The notes under the pieces: model-generated
Told to the model about the DNA's origin: nothing
Database searches by the model: none
What the model saw: only the letters and a program-made list of their open reading frames with translations
Program-made: the position numbers and the translations under genes
In this document: one piece after another, positions 1-12,194 of the stretch
How positions within the stretch are numbered: the first letter of the stretch is position 1
How the letters are laid out: every line of letters starts with the position of its first letter
NCBI RefSeq assembly: GCF_001194135.2
Contig: NC_068991.1
Location: 25,739,495-25,772,318, forward strand
Source: Octopus bimaculoides
Taxonomy: Eukaryota
Length of the DNA: 32,824 nucleotides
Direction: 5' to 3'

Positions 1-350
1 TTATTCCTTTACTTGTTCCACTCTCTAAACTGTGGCCATGCAGGGGCAATACCTTGATGGTTTATGCCTGTAAAATTGACCGGAGAATTTATTTTAAGTC
101 TGCTGCTTATGTCTTTGCCTTTTGCGAAACATTTTGCTAAAGGGACATAGAGAAATCAGCACTGTTTGTCAAGCGGTGAGAGAGAAACAGAAAGATGTAC
201 ATAAAAAGTCACACACTTACACACACATACAAACACACATACAAACACACTGGCAATCCGTCGATTACAGCAATTATGCACCCACATATCTGTAAATAGG
301 ACAAGACGCTATACAGTGTCCGGAAATTCACTCACAAGACATTGGAGTGC
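1..350 (-). mobile_element. Degenerate SINE (family B here), 3' and internal part, with internal CA microsatellite
   Basis: Starts tttacttgtt...ctgtggccatgc.gggc and ends aattcactcacaag.c.ttgg, matching the better-preserved copies at 11283-12006. Confidence 0.6.
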
Positions 351-439
351 GGAAGCTATTCCGTTGATCGGATCAACTGGATCACTAACTGTGAAAGTAA
401 CTGCACAAAATGTTACAACGCTGGCACATTTGAAATGAA

Positions 440-586
440 GGAACTACTCATTTTTGCCAGCTGAGTGGACTAGAGCAACGTAAAATAAAATGTCTTGCTT
501 AAGGACATAACATGCCGCCTGGTATCGAACATACGACATTTCGACCATGAGCCGAATACCCTAGCCACTAAACCACGCGTCGTCAC
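440..586 (-). mobile_element. tRNA-derived SINE with CORE-like segment (family D here)
   Basis: Minus strand has A-box-like TGGTTTAGTGG (575-565), B-box-like GTTCGATACC (530-521), then tgtccttaagcaagaca...gttgctctagtccactcagc. Second copy at 16486-16600. Confidence 0.75.
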
Positions 587-986
587 AAGCACATACATGT
601 CTGTAAATAGGACAAGCTTCTATACAATGTACGAAAATTCACTCACAAAACGTTGGAAAGTAGAGACTGTACTTGAAGAAGCTGGCGAATGGCGCTGCAT
701 AGTTGTGAAACAAACTTCTTAATCAAGCAGCTTTACCAGAAACATATAAACTGCTTCATACAGTTATTTATTTAACTTTTTAAATGTTTATAGCTTAAAA
801 TACACGAATACTTATTGGAATGTGTAACTTTTGTGTTTATGAACGAAAATGTTTTGATTTGGACAAATCAGTCAACATTAAAACACATTTTAGAGGTATT
901 CTGCTATATTCTTCTTAGACTGAAGAAACATGGATATGCGTTCATATATATGATCGCACGCACGCATACACCCACACCCCATTGCG

Positions 987-990
<4 letters not shown>

Positions 991-1032
<42 letters not shown>

Positions 1033-1148
1033 TTTTCTTCACCTGAAAATGAAAAATTTCCGTATTGGTCTGGAATCCGATAATGTTTACATGGGATGAG
1101 TGCTTCTCTGGAAATATTCTACCTTTACATCCTACCAAGACCTAAGAT

Positions 1149-1180
<32 letters not shown>

Positions 1181-1260
1181 TGTGTGTGTATGAGTGTGTG
1201 TGTGTGTTTATGCACACAGACACATATACATGTACACACGTACACACACACACATACACA
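991..1260. repeat. (TA)n and (TG/CA)n microsatellites
   Basis: Direct reading: TA runs at 991-1027 and 1149-1175, with TG/CA runs after them. Confidence 0.95.
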
Positions 1261-1556
1261 TCTGATATAAATAAATGACAATTTCTGTCTTTCTGTTTGT
1301 TACCATCTTGCTTCCCATACCAGTCAGCCAATCTTCATGGAACTTTGCATACATGTTAAACTAAAATCCAGTTCAATTATAGGCTAAGCGAATTTAAAAA
1401 AAAAATCGAAAATGTGCCCTATACAAGGGTTGAGCTATCATATGACAAAACGAGAAATGCGCAAAGAGTGTTAGGTTGAGGGAAATATGATGGCATAATC
1501 AGGGCAGCTGATATCTGGGAAGGAGAGGAAACAGGAAGAAACAGAGAGACAAGGAA

Positions 1557-1592
1557 TGTGTTTATGTGTGTGTATGTGTGTTTGTGTGTGTT

Positions 1593-1633
<41 letters not shown>

Positions 1634-1643
1634 NNNNNNNNNN

Positions 1644-1685
<42 letters not shown>
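1557..1685. repeat. (TG)n-(AG)n compound microsatellite with a 10-N gap
   Basis: Direct reading. Confidence 0.95.
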
Positions 1686-1687
<2 letters not shown>

Positions 1688-3143
1688 GAGACAAGGACAG
1701 AGCAGGAGAGAGAATTTGTTTTCTGAAGGTAACAGCAAATTTTAATATTTTGGTCTTAAATTTTTACCTATCAGTTAACGCATGCGCTTTAGTGAATTAA
1801 CTATCGCATACGCAATCAAAACTGTTACAATATGTCCAGCAATGGTTGTAAAACTAACAAGTGAAGGTAAACTGTTTTTATATTTGTTTTTTGAAATCAC
1901 GGTATTAAGATTTATTAAGACTTTACCGACGTACTGAAGTAATAAAACTGTAAATAATGTCTTTCATTTTGTTCCATAGCTAAAACTGCTTCATTCTTAA
2001 CATAAATTGAAAAATAACACACAACTCAAACTAGAAAGCGTAAGAATATAAAAACATTCAGAGGAGTTGTTTCTTTACATTGTACATTCAGTACTACTTA
2101 TATGGAATTTTACATCCTAACAAGATTCTAATGATTCAGAAAAATATTCAATTCCATCTTCCAATTTTCAACGCATGTAACTGTCTGTCTCTTTACCTTT
2201 GTAGGGTCCTCCCTGTTGCTGTCACATTGTGAAATTTTAAAATTGCTTCAAAATTTTTAAATATGGTATATTGGAATAGTTTTCCACGTGAAATCCGATT
2301 TTGTTATTTATTTGTTCCAGAAAAATTGCAGTAAAATGTTGCTGGGGTTTAAAGTTTAATCAATTTTAGCTAATCAGAAAACAGGATTTGGAAACTGGCA
2401 TTTTCTTCATGAGAGCTGTCTATCACATTATGAAAGCAAAATCAATAAGAGGGGGAATTTTAATTAAACAAACGAAAGCTAAGCATTACGACGACCAAAT
2501 TTTATAGGAACTTCTGAAGTTTTAATGAATAAAGTCATGTGAAATGCTCGAACAGACATGTAAATAATTTAAAAAGGAAAACGATCGTCAACAAAGTTAC
2601 TTTGCGAAAAATTGCAAAATTCTGTCGGGAAACGTATGGTCTGACATGGAATAAGCAAACATTTATAAGACATTCTATTGCAAAAATTGCCCTACAGTGA
2701 CAGGCTATTCCATATATATATGGAAAATACGAGAAACTATATTGCTCACAACGATCTTCTCGACCGATCCATCCTGCATCGATACCTTGCGTTTAGAATA
2801 CTGTACAACTGGTTGTGATGCATCCTTCGGTGCAGAAGCGTCTCGTCGGGTGATTTTACAAGAGGTATCTCTTTAAATAAACCTTGTTTCGTCCGGCTTT
2901 AATACAGCATGTTGTTAGTGATCGGAGGTTTAAGCCCTTGGGCAGGAAAGGCGAGGGACACATTCCGTTGCAATGTTATAAATCGTTGTCTACATGAAAT
3001 TAATAGTACATCAATGGCAAGGATTTAAAACAAATATATACAATAAAGCAAAAAATTATATGCATAAGTACACATATAAATATTTCCATACCTACATTTG
3101 TAATCTTGTGAACACACACGCATACACACACACGCACACACAC

Positions 3144-3346
3144 ATGCGCAGTTAAGTGGATGTCATTGTCATTAAACTCAATGATAAACGTCCAGCCAGT
3201 CTCGTCTCCCGCTGTGATGCCAAGTACAATCTGGAATCCGTCTCTATTATTTATTATGTACTCGACAAACACTGAGGAATTCCTGGGGTAGATCCAGTGA
3301 CAGTTGTGTAAATACCGGGATGACGTCACATAGCCACAGGCAGTGA
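3144..3346 (-). other. Stop-free, higher-complexity frame (possible exon or relic; weak CUB-like resemblance)
   Basis: Translates RTFTACGYVTSSRYLHNCHWIYPRNSSVFVEYIINNRDGFQIVLGITAGDETGWTFIIEFNDNDIHLTAH. No convincing splice acceptor found. Confidence 0.2.
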
Positions 3347-3380
3347 AAGTTCTTCACCGGCTACCCAATGCTTAAATAAT

Positions 3381-3413
<33 letters not shown>

Positions 3414-4109
3414 NNNNNNNNNNNNNNNNNNNNNNNNNNNNNNNNNNNNNNNNNNNNNNNNNNNNNNNNNNNNNNNNNNNNNNNNNNNNNNNNNNNNNNN
3501 NNNNNNNNNNNNNNNNNNNNNNNNNNNNNNNNNNNNNNNNNNNNNNNNNNNNNNNNNNNNNNNNNNNNNNNNNNNNNNNNNNNNNNNNNNNNNNNNNNNN
3601 NNNNNNNNNNNNNNNNNNNNNNNNNNNNNNNNNNNNNNNNNNNNNNNNNNNNNNNNNNNNNNNNNNNNNNNNNNNNNNNNNNNNNNNNNNNNNNNNNNNA
3701 TATATATATATATATATATACGCATAAATATACGTACACAGACGCATAAACCCTCACACATGCACATACAGTCATCCATACAGATGTTAACGCATTCATA
3801 GACAACCATGTTGTGCACCATATGTTTAACGTTGCAAATTGCAACGTGTTCCTTTGTAAGATGGCGCGTGACACTACGCATGCGTTGGCGTAAGATACAC
3901 AGGTATAAACGTGTGCGTTTACATATGTATACATAGTCATATCTGTGTGTGCGTGTGTATGTGTGTATTCTCTTATTATACTATTTAGTCAACCATATGG
4001 ATCCAATACTTATTTTCCAATTGCGTATTTATTACATCGATTTGTATATGTCGACCAACCAATGTTACAGAATATACGCGCATCCACTTACAAACGCACA
4101 GACACACAG

Positions 4110-4175
<66 letters not shown>

Positions 4176-4719
4176 GAAGTGAGGACGAGTATCTTCCTAA
4201 TTTGAATATCTGATTATCTGATTCAATTCAGAATGTAAACCTTCAAGCACACGACACATCTCCGTTTATTTATTCATTTATTTGTTCTATCTTAGGAATT
4301 AAATTTTTCCCGTTTTTGTGGGTGTAGAAGTACCCTCTAATTCTTTGTTATAAAGCGTAGTTACATCCAATTGAAGTATAGTTTTGTTTTTTGTATTCCA
4401 TATATTATTCCATATATGAAAAATGACGGTTTCTTCCATCATCTCTAACTATCTCCAGGCATAGTTGTACAGTAAAATAGTTGACTTTAGAAGCCTGAAG
4501 TTTCGGCGTCTCAGTACCACTGCCTTGCAGCATGAGTAATGCCTTATGAATGTATAATGAATATGGTGGGCGGAACTACGAGGAAGCTCAATTTTAACTC
4601 TATGAGGAAAAAAATCTCTCCATATATATATATATATACATATATATATGTATGTATGCAGTTATACGCAATGTGATGCCATACAAGAAAAAGATAATAG
4701 TCACTAAACGCTACTATAT

Positions 4720-5029
4720 GGGTGTCAAGACACCTACATTACTAGAAATAGGAGCTAAAATGCTCCTAACGATGAGAAAAGTACATAAATGAATACATTT
4801 ATGGTGAATACATATATGCTGACAGGAGGATTGGCCCGGAATCTGCGGTCCTTACTGATGAATGTTACGAAAATAGCCGAAACTGGACTTTCAGTCTAAG
4901 GAACTCCCAACTCAGCATTTTTAGGGATTGCAGCTTCTGTCATCTTATATGCATACATTTATGTGTTTTTCCAACAGCATTAGGAGCAGTTTAGCTCTTA
5001 TTTCTAGTAATGTAGGTGGCCTGACACCC
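4720..5029. mobile_element. Long inverted-repeat (MITE-like or foldback) element of ~310 bp
   Basis: 4720-4769 GGGTGTCAAGACACCTACATTACTAGAAATAGGAGCTAAAATGCTCCTAA matches the reverse complement of 4980-5029 with 4 mismatches. Looser complementarity continues inward (acataaatg.at, catata.g.tgacag). Confidence 0.85.
4849..4902 (+). ncRNA. Type I hammerhead ribozyme motif
   Basis: Stem I TCCTTA(4849-54)/TAAGGA(4897-902); core CTGATGA 4855-61; stem II GTTA/TAGC with loop CGAAAA; GAAA 4879-82; stem III CTGG/TCAG with loop ACTT; GTC cleavage triplet 4894-96. Confidence 0.8.
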
Positions 5030-5084
5030 TTAGTCGCGTTCCTATACTTTAGCCGTACAACAAATGATCGATATAAAAATTATC

Positions 5085-5190
5085 AGACATAAATTCTGGA
5101 GTTGACTCAATCGACTAAAAGCATTGAAGGCGATGCCACAGAACAGCCGCAATTCAATGACGTAAACAAGTAACACTAAAAGAAATTAAA
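5085..5190 (+). mobile_element. 3' end of family B SINE
   Basis: tcgactaaaagcattgaaggcgatgccacagaacagccgcaattcaatgacgtaaacaagtaa resembles the reverse complement of the 11283-11370 and 11630-11720 termini. Confidence 0.6.
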
Positions 5191-5468
5191 AAAAAAAAAA
5201 ATTCGGAACAAATAAAAACAAAATACAAAAAATGTTATAAAGCTTGGAGGGAATGTTCAAATCTAATTCAAGTTGGTCATTTTAGTCTACTCTCTTCCTG
5301 CCACCCGGATAACCGATGGATATACTTTTCTATACATTCACATCTACAGCCCATGTACAATTAGTGATTTTAAGTTAATTTAAGTATTTAAGAACATCTT
5401 TAATTTGACTTAAAATTAAATATGATTCATGAGATACCTTAACGCGATATAGAGACGTACTTCTAAAG

Positions 5469-5484
5469 ATGGCGAAAGTAAAAG
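5469..5484 (+). CDS. Exon 1 (coding part) of uncharacterised 111-aa protein: MAKVK(A)
   Basis: aaagATGG strong Kozak context overlapping a YY1-like AAGATGGCG; ends G|GTGAGT (consensus donor), phase 1, matching exon 2. Confidence 0.6.
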
Positions 5485-6559
5485 GTGAGTATAAAGAAAA
5501 GAGCTCCGCTTTTACTAGATTCGAACTTTCGTTCTCTGTTCTTACTTTAAACGATAAATAATTACTTGTAACGCGGAAATATTTTGTTTTTAAAGATTAA
5601 AGCTATTTCACTAAACAGTAGGTGAAGAAGCTGAAATGTCACGCGAATGACAGGAAATAGTACACATATACACTCACATATGCTATACGTATGTGTGTGT
5701 GTCTGTATGTGTCGGAAGCGTGTGTGTACGTGTGTGTGGGGGAGGGTCTGTCGTGTGTATCGCGTGTTTGTGTGGGTGCGCGTCTGTGTATGTTGTATAT
5801 ACATACATATATATATATATATATATGGATTGTGCATGTGTATTAAGTATTATGTGTGTATAAGCGTATGAATTCATGTATTCATGTATACGTGTATGTA
5901 TGGGTGTATAAATTTGGGGTCTCTTTCTGAGTATATCCTGAAAACGTATGGAATAGACAAGCGACACCCAACTTCAAATGTATGGAAGGAAGAAGAGGAA
6001 GCGGAGATAAAGAAAAATAAGAATGGCAAAGAAACAAAGAGAACGTGAGTATGTGTGTTTGTATTGTGTGTCTGTTAGTGCGCACGCGTGACGTCGTTAG
6101 AAGGTGGTAAGTAGAACCAATGAGAAACAGGGAAAGTAAAAGAAAATGACTGTGTGAAAAGTCAACAGATTTCACTTTACAGAAAAATGTACACACATAC
6201 ACTTTCATACAAGTCTATATATTCTTATCAAAAATAATTACCCTTCACACAGAAACATACACACACTCACACACAGCCATGCAGACACAAATCCACTCGT
6301 CAACATATTACGTTCAGCGTACAAGCACAAATTCAGGCACGCGCGCACACACATACACACACATATATATACGAGTGTGTGGATATATGCATGTCACCAG
6401 TGTCCAGTTCTCTCTAACTTTGTCCTTTGGTTCTAGGATTTGCATTATTCTCCGAGGTACCCGTGCGGTTTAGTGAGAGTATTGTTTGAGAATCGGGTGG
6501 AAAGTGTTTGAGAAGGCAGAATACCAAAACAATCTCTGTAAGAAATCCAGTCCAACATT

Positions 6560-6720
6560 TCCTCAATCCACTGCCCCGTATGATTAGTGTGCACTTTTTT
6601 TTTATCGACCCAGAAAAGGTTAAATGTAAATTTGACCTCGATAGGTTTTGATCTCAGATAACCAATACAATCAGACGAGGTCTTCTAACCGAAGTTTAAA
6701 CGACTCTGCCAATATGCCGT
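6560..6720 (-). mobile_element. Degenerate family A SINE
   Basis: tttatcgaccc.gaaa.g.t.aa.g.aaa.ttgacctcg...tttga.ctcaga...aacgactctgcca is the reverse complement of the family A body at 8639-8840. Confidence 0.6.
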
Positions 6721-7463
6721 ATTGTAATTATACGTCCATTAAATGGATAATATAAGTAACGCATACCTGTTTAATGAATAATCGGTGAGCTGTGGAGGTT
6801 AGGGGAAGCCTTACCTTACATTTCAGTTGTTTTCTTTGAGAGAAAGGACATCTATGTTTATCTTGGATAAATATTAATATACGCACTTAACACAGCATTA
6901 AACTAAAATACCGAAATAGTTGCCATAATATACATACAGGCATGAAGCGAACGCCTACTCTACGCGGGAGTGTTTGTCACTGGGGCGACCAAATTAAGAC
7001 GAAACACTGAGTCTGGCGATCCACCGATAGCATTCTGAGAAAGTCCTGCTTTGTTTTATCCCACACCTCTCTTTAAGAGATTCTCTTTGACAAAATATTA
7101 CAGCCAGTGCTACTCCACGACTGTATATAATCTCTGAATGTTTAGATACATCGTTATCTTGTAAAAATGTTGTTTAACCAATGTAATTAAACGGAGATAT
7201 ATGTCGCAAACATGAGTTGCATTTTATGAACTATTTTTAACTTCACCAGACCAAATGATGTTTCATAGTTTTTCGTATAAATCATCAAATTAAACTGTAA
7301 CATAGTACATAGAATAAAAATACATATAGATGAAAAAAATAATGAATATTTCAAATAAAAATAAATAGGATTTCAAAAATTAGTAGAAATATTTCGAAAA
7401 TAAAATAAGAGAAAAATAATTAGGAGCGGATACGGCAAAAGTGCTCAGAAAACAATAAATTAA

Positions 7464-7471
7464 AATTATTA

Positions 7472-7544
<73 letters not shown>

Positions 7545-7564
7545 CATTATTATTGTTATTATTA

Positions 7565-7640
<76 letters not shown>

Positions 7641-7666
7641 CATCATCATCATCATTATTATTATTA

Positions 7667-7697
<31 letters not shown>
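7464..7697. repeat. Long (ATT)n microsatellite with ATC interruptions
   Basis: Direct reading; source of the poly-I/N/L ORFs. Confidence 0.97.
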
Positions 7698-8013
7698 GGT
7701 GAATTGATTTAATTGTTAGCGTGTCGGACAAAAAGTGCTTAGCGCCATTGCAACCGCTTCTTTCGGCATCGATCAACTTAAAACGCCACTCAACTATTGG
7801 GGTCGGTATAATCAACTATATCCTCCCACTAAAATTGCTGGTCTTGTGCCTCCGTACCGAGCAAAATGCTTAGCGGTATTTCGCTCAAATTCCACCGAGG
7901 TCCACTTTACCTTTTATCCTTTCGGGTTCAATAAATTAAGTACCAGTGATCGACTAGTCCCCTACCCCAAAATTTCAGGCCTTGTGCCATTAGTAAAAAG
8001 GATTATTATTATT
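7697..8013 (+). mobile_element. Two adjacent partial family A SINE copies
   Basis: Repeated motifs tgcttagcg, aattgctggtcttgtgcc / aatttcaggccttgtgcc, tcaaattccaccgaggt, ataaattaagtaccagt; ends in an ATT tail. Confidence 0.7.
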
Positions 8014-8049
8014 TAACATTTGGTAGTTTCAGGTAAATTTCTACTGCAT

Positions 8050-8480
8050 TACCTGCTACACCTCTCTGATGCTGGAGTTTGTGCAGCATTGTGCATTCTT
8101 TTTTGGGGGTACGAGGTATGCAAACACCTTCTGGCATAGTATTGCGTCAGTTTGTTTTGTTATGGCTTCTAGTTGCAGTCTTTTGTTCTTTTGTTTTATT
8201 TTCAATGTGTATTTTTCTATTAGTTTGCCTGTTTCGGTTCTGGCCACTTTCCCTCTCGCAGGATATATCGCCGGACATTTGCAAGAGCATTTTCCGAGGT
8301 TTTTTTTCCTTATATCAGTAATTCTCCTTCACATTTCATATGTTTCTATTATTATCTCTGGGTTTCGGGTATAGCTTTGCAGTGTAGAATGCATATAGTG
8401 CTTCAATGTAGTCGTCATTGTTTTTCGCTTGGCCAGTGACATTAAGAGAGTGGGGTCTGTCTGTCTAGTGTTAACTTTTT
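8050..8480 (-). mobile_element. Decayed N-terminal ORF fragment of an R4/Dong-type LINE
   Basis: Frameshifted translation NDDYIEALYAFYTAKLYP...YEMWRRITD...LANVRRYILRE resembles the N-terminal region I recall for these RLE-type elements. Confidence 0.5.
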
Positions 8481-8553
8481 GATAGAACACCGTGTCTGGA
8501 CGTGTGCTAACGCTTCTTTTGTATCATGATCGCCTGAGATTCAGAGATCGAAT

Positions 8554-8555
<2 letters not shown>

Positions 8556-8622
<67 letters not shown>
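8556..8622. repeat. (ATT)n microsatellite
   Basis: Direct reading. Confidence 0.97.
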
Positions 8623-8624
<2 letters not shown>

Positions 8625-8636
8625 ATATTATATTTA

Positions 8637-8842
8637 AAGGCGGCGAGTTGGCAGAATCGTTAGCTCGCTGGGAAAATGCTTAGCGGCATTTCGTCCGGCC
8701 TTACATTCTGGGTTCAAATTCCGCAGGGGTTGACTTTGCCTTTCATCCTTTCGAAATCGATAAAATAAGTTGGGTAACAGTGGAGTACTGGGGTCGAAGT
8801 TTCTGGCCTTGTGGCAAAGTTTGAAACCATGATTATTATTAT
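8637..8842 (+). mobile_element. Near full-length tRNA-derived SINE (family A)
   Basis: ggcggcgagttggcagaatcgttagc head, B-box-like GGTTCAAATTCC, ctttgcctttcatcctttcg, gccttgtg.caaa.tttgaaacc and an ATT tail. Confidence 0.85.
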
Positions 8843-8864
8843 TGCATAAACAAATGTGTTTCGT

Positions 8865-9510
8865 AAACATAGAGAAGCATTCGAAAAATCCTTGCTCTTC
8901 CTAATAAAATAAATTTCTGTATTAATGCGATCTCGTTAAGGAAACTACCACGTCTGTTGGTAGCAATGCTGAGGGTGCCTAAATCTGCTGGGTTTACTTT
9001 TGCAGAGACCTTCTTGACATTTCCCTTGTCAACACTTGGTACTTCCCAATTTTTTCCCGCTTTTTAACAGCGACATCCATGCCACCAGAAAAAGTCACAA
9101 CAATGATGATAAAATGCTGTCTTTTTGACCTCTAGTCCAGAATGATAATATTTGTAGTCTTGCTTGAATCTCGAGGTCAGTCTGTACAGCAAAGCCTCAT
9201 AAGGCCTTAAACTGACATTTCCCTGTCACACGCACCAGTTGCTATTGGTATCGTTTTCCACTTTAAAAAACCCTTTGCCTTCAAAATCGTAACTGCGTCT
9301 ATACTCTTTCTGTACCAAAGAACTACAAGTGCCCATTATGTGCCAACGAACTCATCTATCTCATTGTACATTCTACACTTTCTACAGTCCTATCCATTCC
9401 TGCCTATTTGACATTCATTCGTAAAGACTGGCTCTGAGCAGTCACCACGAGTCGTTTCATTTCTTTCTAGAATTCTCCATTCTGCGACCTTAGCCATTTC
9501 TGTTTAACAG
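8865..9510 (-). mobile_element. Decayed C-terminal fragment of an R4/Dong-type non-LTR retrotransposon (zinc-knuckle and restriction-like endonuclease region)
   Basis: Frameshifted translation KWLR...MKRLVVTAQSQSL...KCRM...QTDLEIQAR...IIVVTFSGGMDVAVKKREKIGKYQVLTREMSR...FILLGRARIFRMLL follows the RLE-LINE pattern LI.AAQ.Q.L, CR.C, QTD..I..RRPD, KE.EK..KY, LLGTARILR. Confidence 0.75.
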
Positions 9511-9830
9511 CGATTTGTTTGGTTGTATTTAGCAACAGATTTTCTTGCAAAAGATTTTAAAATTTACCACTACTAATAAAATTTTGCAGTAAACAATGAT
9601 GTATATGATATATCTATAATAAATAAGAGATAATAAACATTCAATAAATGATTTTATTAAAAGTCATATATAATAGTGAATTACGTATTACATATCACCA
9701 CCTATAACTACTCAGTATGGGGTAGCAATATAAAATGTACAACTCACTATTATACGTTATAACTTTATTTATATCTATTTTCTGCAACACCTAAAATGTT
9801 ATGCTGTCTTTCTTTGGTTTCGTCTTTTAG

Positions 9831-9931
9831 CAGATGTTGCAAATCGTATTTACTCTGCAGAAGAAATATTGTTTTTAACTCCAAGAAGTAAAAGACAGAA
9901 AATGAAAGGAAATAAAAAGAAAAACGTCAGA
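9831..9931 (+). CDS. Exon 2 of uncharacterised protein: (A)DVANRIYSAEEILFLTPRSKRQKMKGNKKKNVR
   Basis: Pyrimidine tract gtctttctttggtttcgtcttttAG (NAGNAG alternative at 9833); open frame; AGA|GTAATT donor; phases 1 and 0 fit both neighbours. Confidence 0.6.
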
Positions 9932-11282
9932 GTAATTATATTAAAAAGTCCATGTTTAGACAATATTCATATAATTCTTTTTAATTTTATTCAACCAAGA
10001 TATTCAGCACGTGACGTAGAAAATTGAATTGATTAATATTCTACATTGCATCAGTTCGTAGATATGCATATACCTTTGTATGTGCATCTAGAGTAGAATC
10101 TCAAACAAATTTTTTGCTATATATTGTCCAAGATGTCCACCAAATGAAATTAGATTTTATGCATAAGTATATAAAATATCGGAGGGCAAGTTTGTCTTTT
10201 TCCGAACGTATTTGTCTGTTTTCGACGTTCTGTTCATGTTAATATATATATATTAAAAAATGTGTGTATGTGTGAGAAGCATGTACGATATATATCGTTA
10301 AGGAAGAGACTGAAACTGATAAAGAAAATCAATGAAGGAGAAAAAGAAAAAGGGAGAAAAGATATACCGTAACGAAGTGGGAGAGAGTTTCATCGCAAAA
10401 ACGACATATGCTCCAACGTTACCTTAAATGCCTTAGTTACACACACACAAGCACACGCGCGTTAACACTCATATACACGAATGTATATGTGTGTGCGCGC
10501 GCGCACGTTATGAATATATGTATGATTATTAATATTTGCGATTATTAATATTTTTGTGTGTGTATGTGTGTGTGTGTGTGTGTATATATAGTGAGAATTT
10601 ACAAAAAAAAAACAGTAAACAAAAGACGAAGACGGGTATGTAAACAACAAACAGATGCATAATGTGTATGTGTACAATGTGTTCATGTATGTGTGCGAAT
10701 AACTTTGTACTCATCAATGTATATACGAGCACATAAAGACATCTAAAATATATACAAATCATAAAGTTTATTTAATGTTGCCGAAGTCATACGAAAACTG
10801 TGTTTGCAGATGTAAATGTTACATTATACATATATGTATGCTTGAATGTCTTCATGCATTTATTTTGCAAGATTGTTGATGTGAAATCGGGTGTTGAAAC
10901 AGATATTGTTATACTTGGGGTGGTCATCTTCTGCCAATTAAACATACACACTATTTATTTTGATCACTTTAGCTTCATTATTTTTTCTTTATTTGTCAAA
11001 GTTCTTTCGTTACGTATACTGTGAACATTTCAGCGACCCTCTGTCCCATGTGTCTGCTCTTGCCCTTTCTATACAAGTTTTCGTCTCTCTCTTTCTCCCC
11101 CACCTCTCTCTCTCTGTACATACATAATACATATATACATACATACATACATTCGTTATAGATAATCGTGGAAATTATATCGACAATTAAGTTTCATTAA
11201 AATGTGAGATTTCCTCACTTGTGTTCCTTATTTAAAATCAGGACATCACTTATGGCTCATATACATGGTTGGATGGTTATAC

Positions 11283-11615
11283 TTATTCTTTTATTCTTTT
11301 ACTTGTTTCAGTTTATTTTTACTGCGGCCATGCTGGAGCACTGACTTTAGTGGAACGAATCGACACCAGGACTTATTCTATTGGAACCTTTTGCCGAACT
11401 GCAAAAGTTACAGGAAATAAACACACCAACAACAGTTTTCGAGCCATGGTGGGAGGAGAAACACAGACACACACACATGCACACAAATACACACACACAG
11501 ATATATATATATACACATGGGCTTCTTTCCGTTTCCGTCTACCAAATCCCCTCAAGGCTTTGGTCGGCCCGAGGATATAGTAGAAGACACTTGCCCAAGG
11601 TGCCACGCATTAGGA
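11283..11615 (-). mobile_element. Family B SINE with CORE-like domain and internal CA/TA repeat
   Basis: ttttacttgtttcagt...ctgcggccatgctggagcac ... ttccgtctaccaaatcc...gctttggtcggcccgagg...gaagacacttgcccaaggtgccacgc. Confidence 0.8.
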
Positions 11616-11629
11616 TTTTATTCATGTAT

Positions 11630-12006
11630 CATTCATCTTTTACTTGTTTCAGTCATTCAACTGTAGGTAGCCATGCTGGGTAAACGCTTTGACATTCTTT
11701 ACTCGAACGAATCGACCCCAGTGCTTAGTTTTTGTTTTAAGCCTGGCGCTTAGTCTATCGGGTCCTTTTTCTCGAACCGCTATTTTACGAGGGCGTTTAC
11801 ACACGGGAACACCATTTGTTAAGCGGTAGTGGAGTACAAACATAAACACAAGGACACGCGCGCGCGCACACACAGGCACATACAGACACACAGACACACG
11901 CGCACACGCGCGCGCGCACGCACACACACGCACACACACACACACACACGCACGCACGCATGCGACTAGCTTCTTTCTCTTTCCGTCTACCAAATCCACT
12001 CACAAG
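11630..12006 (-). mobile_element. Second adjacent family B SINE (head truncated)
   Basis: Same motifs in the same order: ttttacttgtttcagtcatt, gaacgaatcgacccc, ttccgtctaccaaatccactcacaag. Confidence 0.8.
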
Positions 12007-12025
12007 TCAGCTGCCAATAATTCTG

Positions 12026-12194
12026 GTGGTGGTGGTGATGATGATGATGATGATGATGATGATAATGATGACGAAGACGACAACGACGACAGTGGTACGA
12101 CGACCATGACAAAAACGATGACAGTGACATTGGTCATGATGTTGAGGAGGATTGGTATGATGATATTGATCATTTAGAAATAATAATAATAATC

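Noticed and set aside
440-586. tRNA-like A and B boxes here and in other SINE heads
   Set aside because: No complete cloverleaf; these are SINE promoters, not tRNA genes.
279-662. Apparent ~70-bp direct repeat (279-350 and 592-662) flanking a SINE
   Set aside because: Too long and diverged for a target duplication; both look like internal pieces of the family B SINE (aattcactcacaa..c.ttgg).
1285-1420. tcagccaatcttcatggaactttgc motif reminiscent of non-autonomous Helitron/DINE-like repeats
   Set aside because: No terminal hairpin or ends identified; single weak motif.
2190-2710. AT-rich block loosely similar to ~29030-29200, and a tttgtAG acceptor at 2203
   Set aside because: All three frames after the acceptor close quickly; probably an old DNA-transposon remnant, but termini could not be defined by eye.
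3861-3889. AAGATGGCG start with GC|GTAAGA donor (MARDTTHAL)
   Set aside because: No phase-compatible downstream exon identified; the 5469 start fits exon 2. It could still be an alternative or non-coding first exon.
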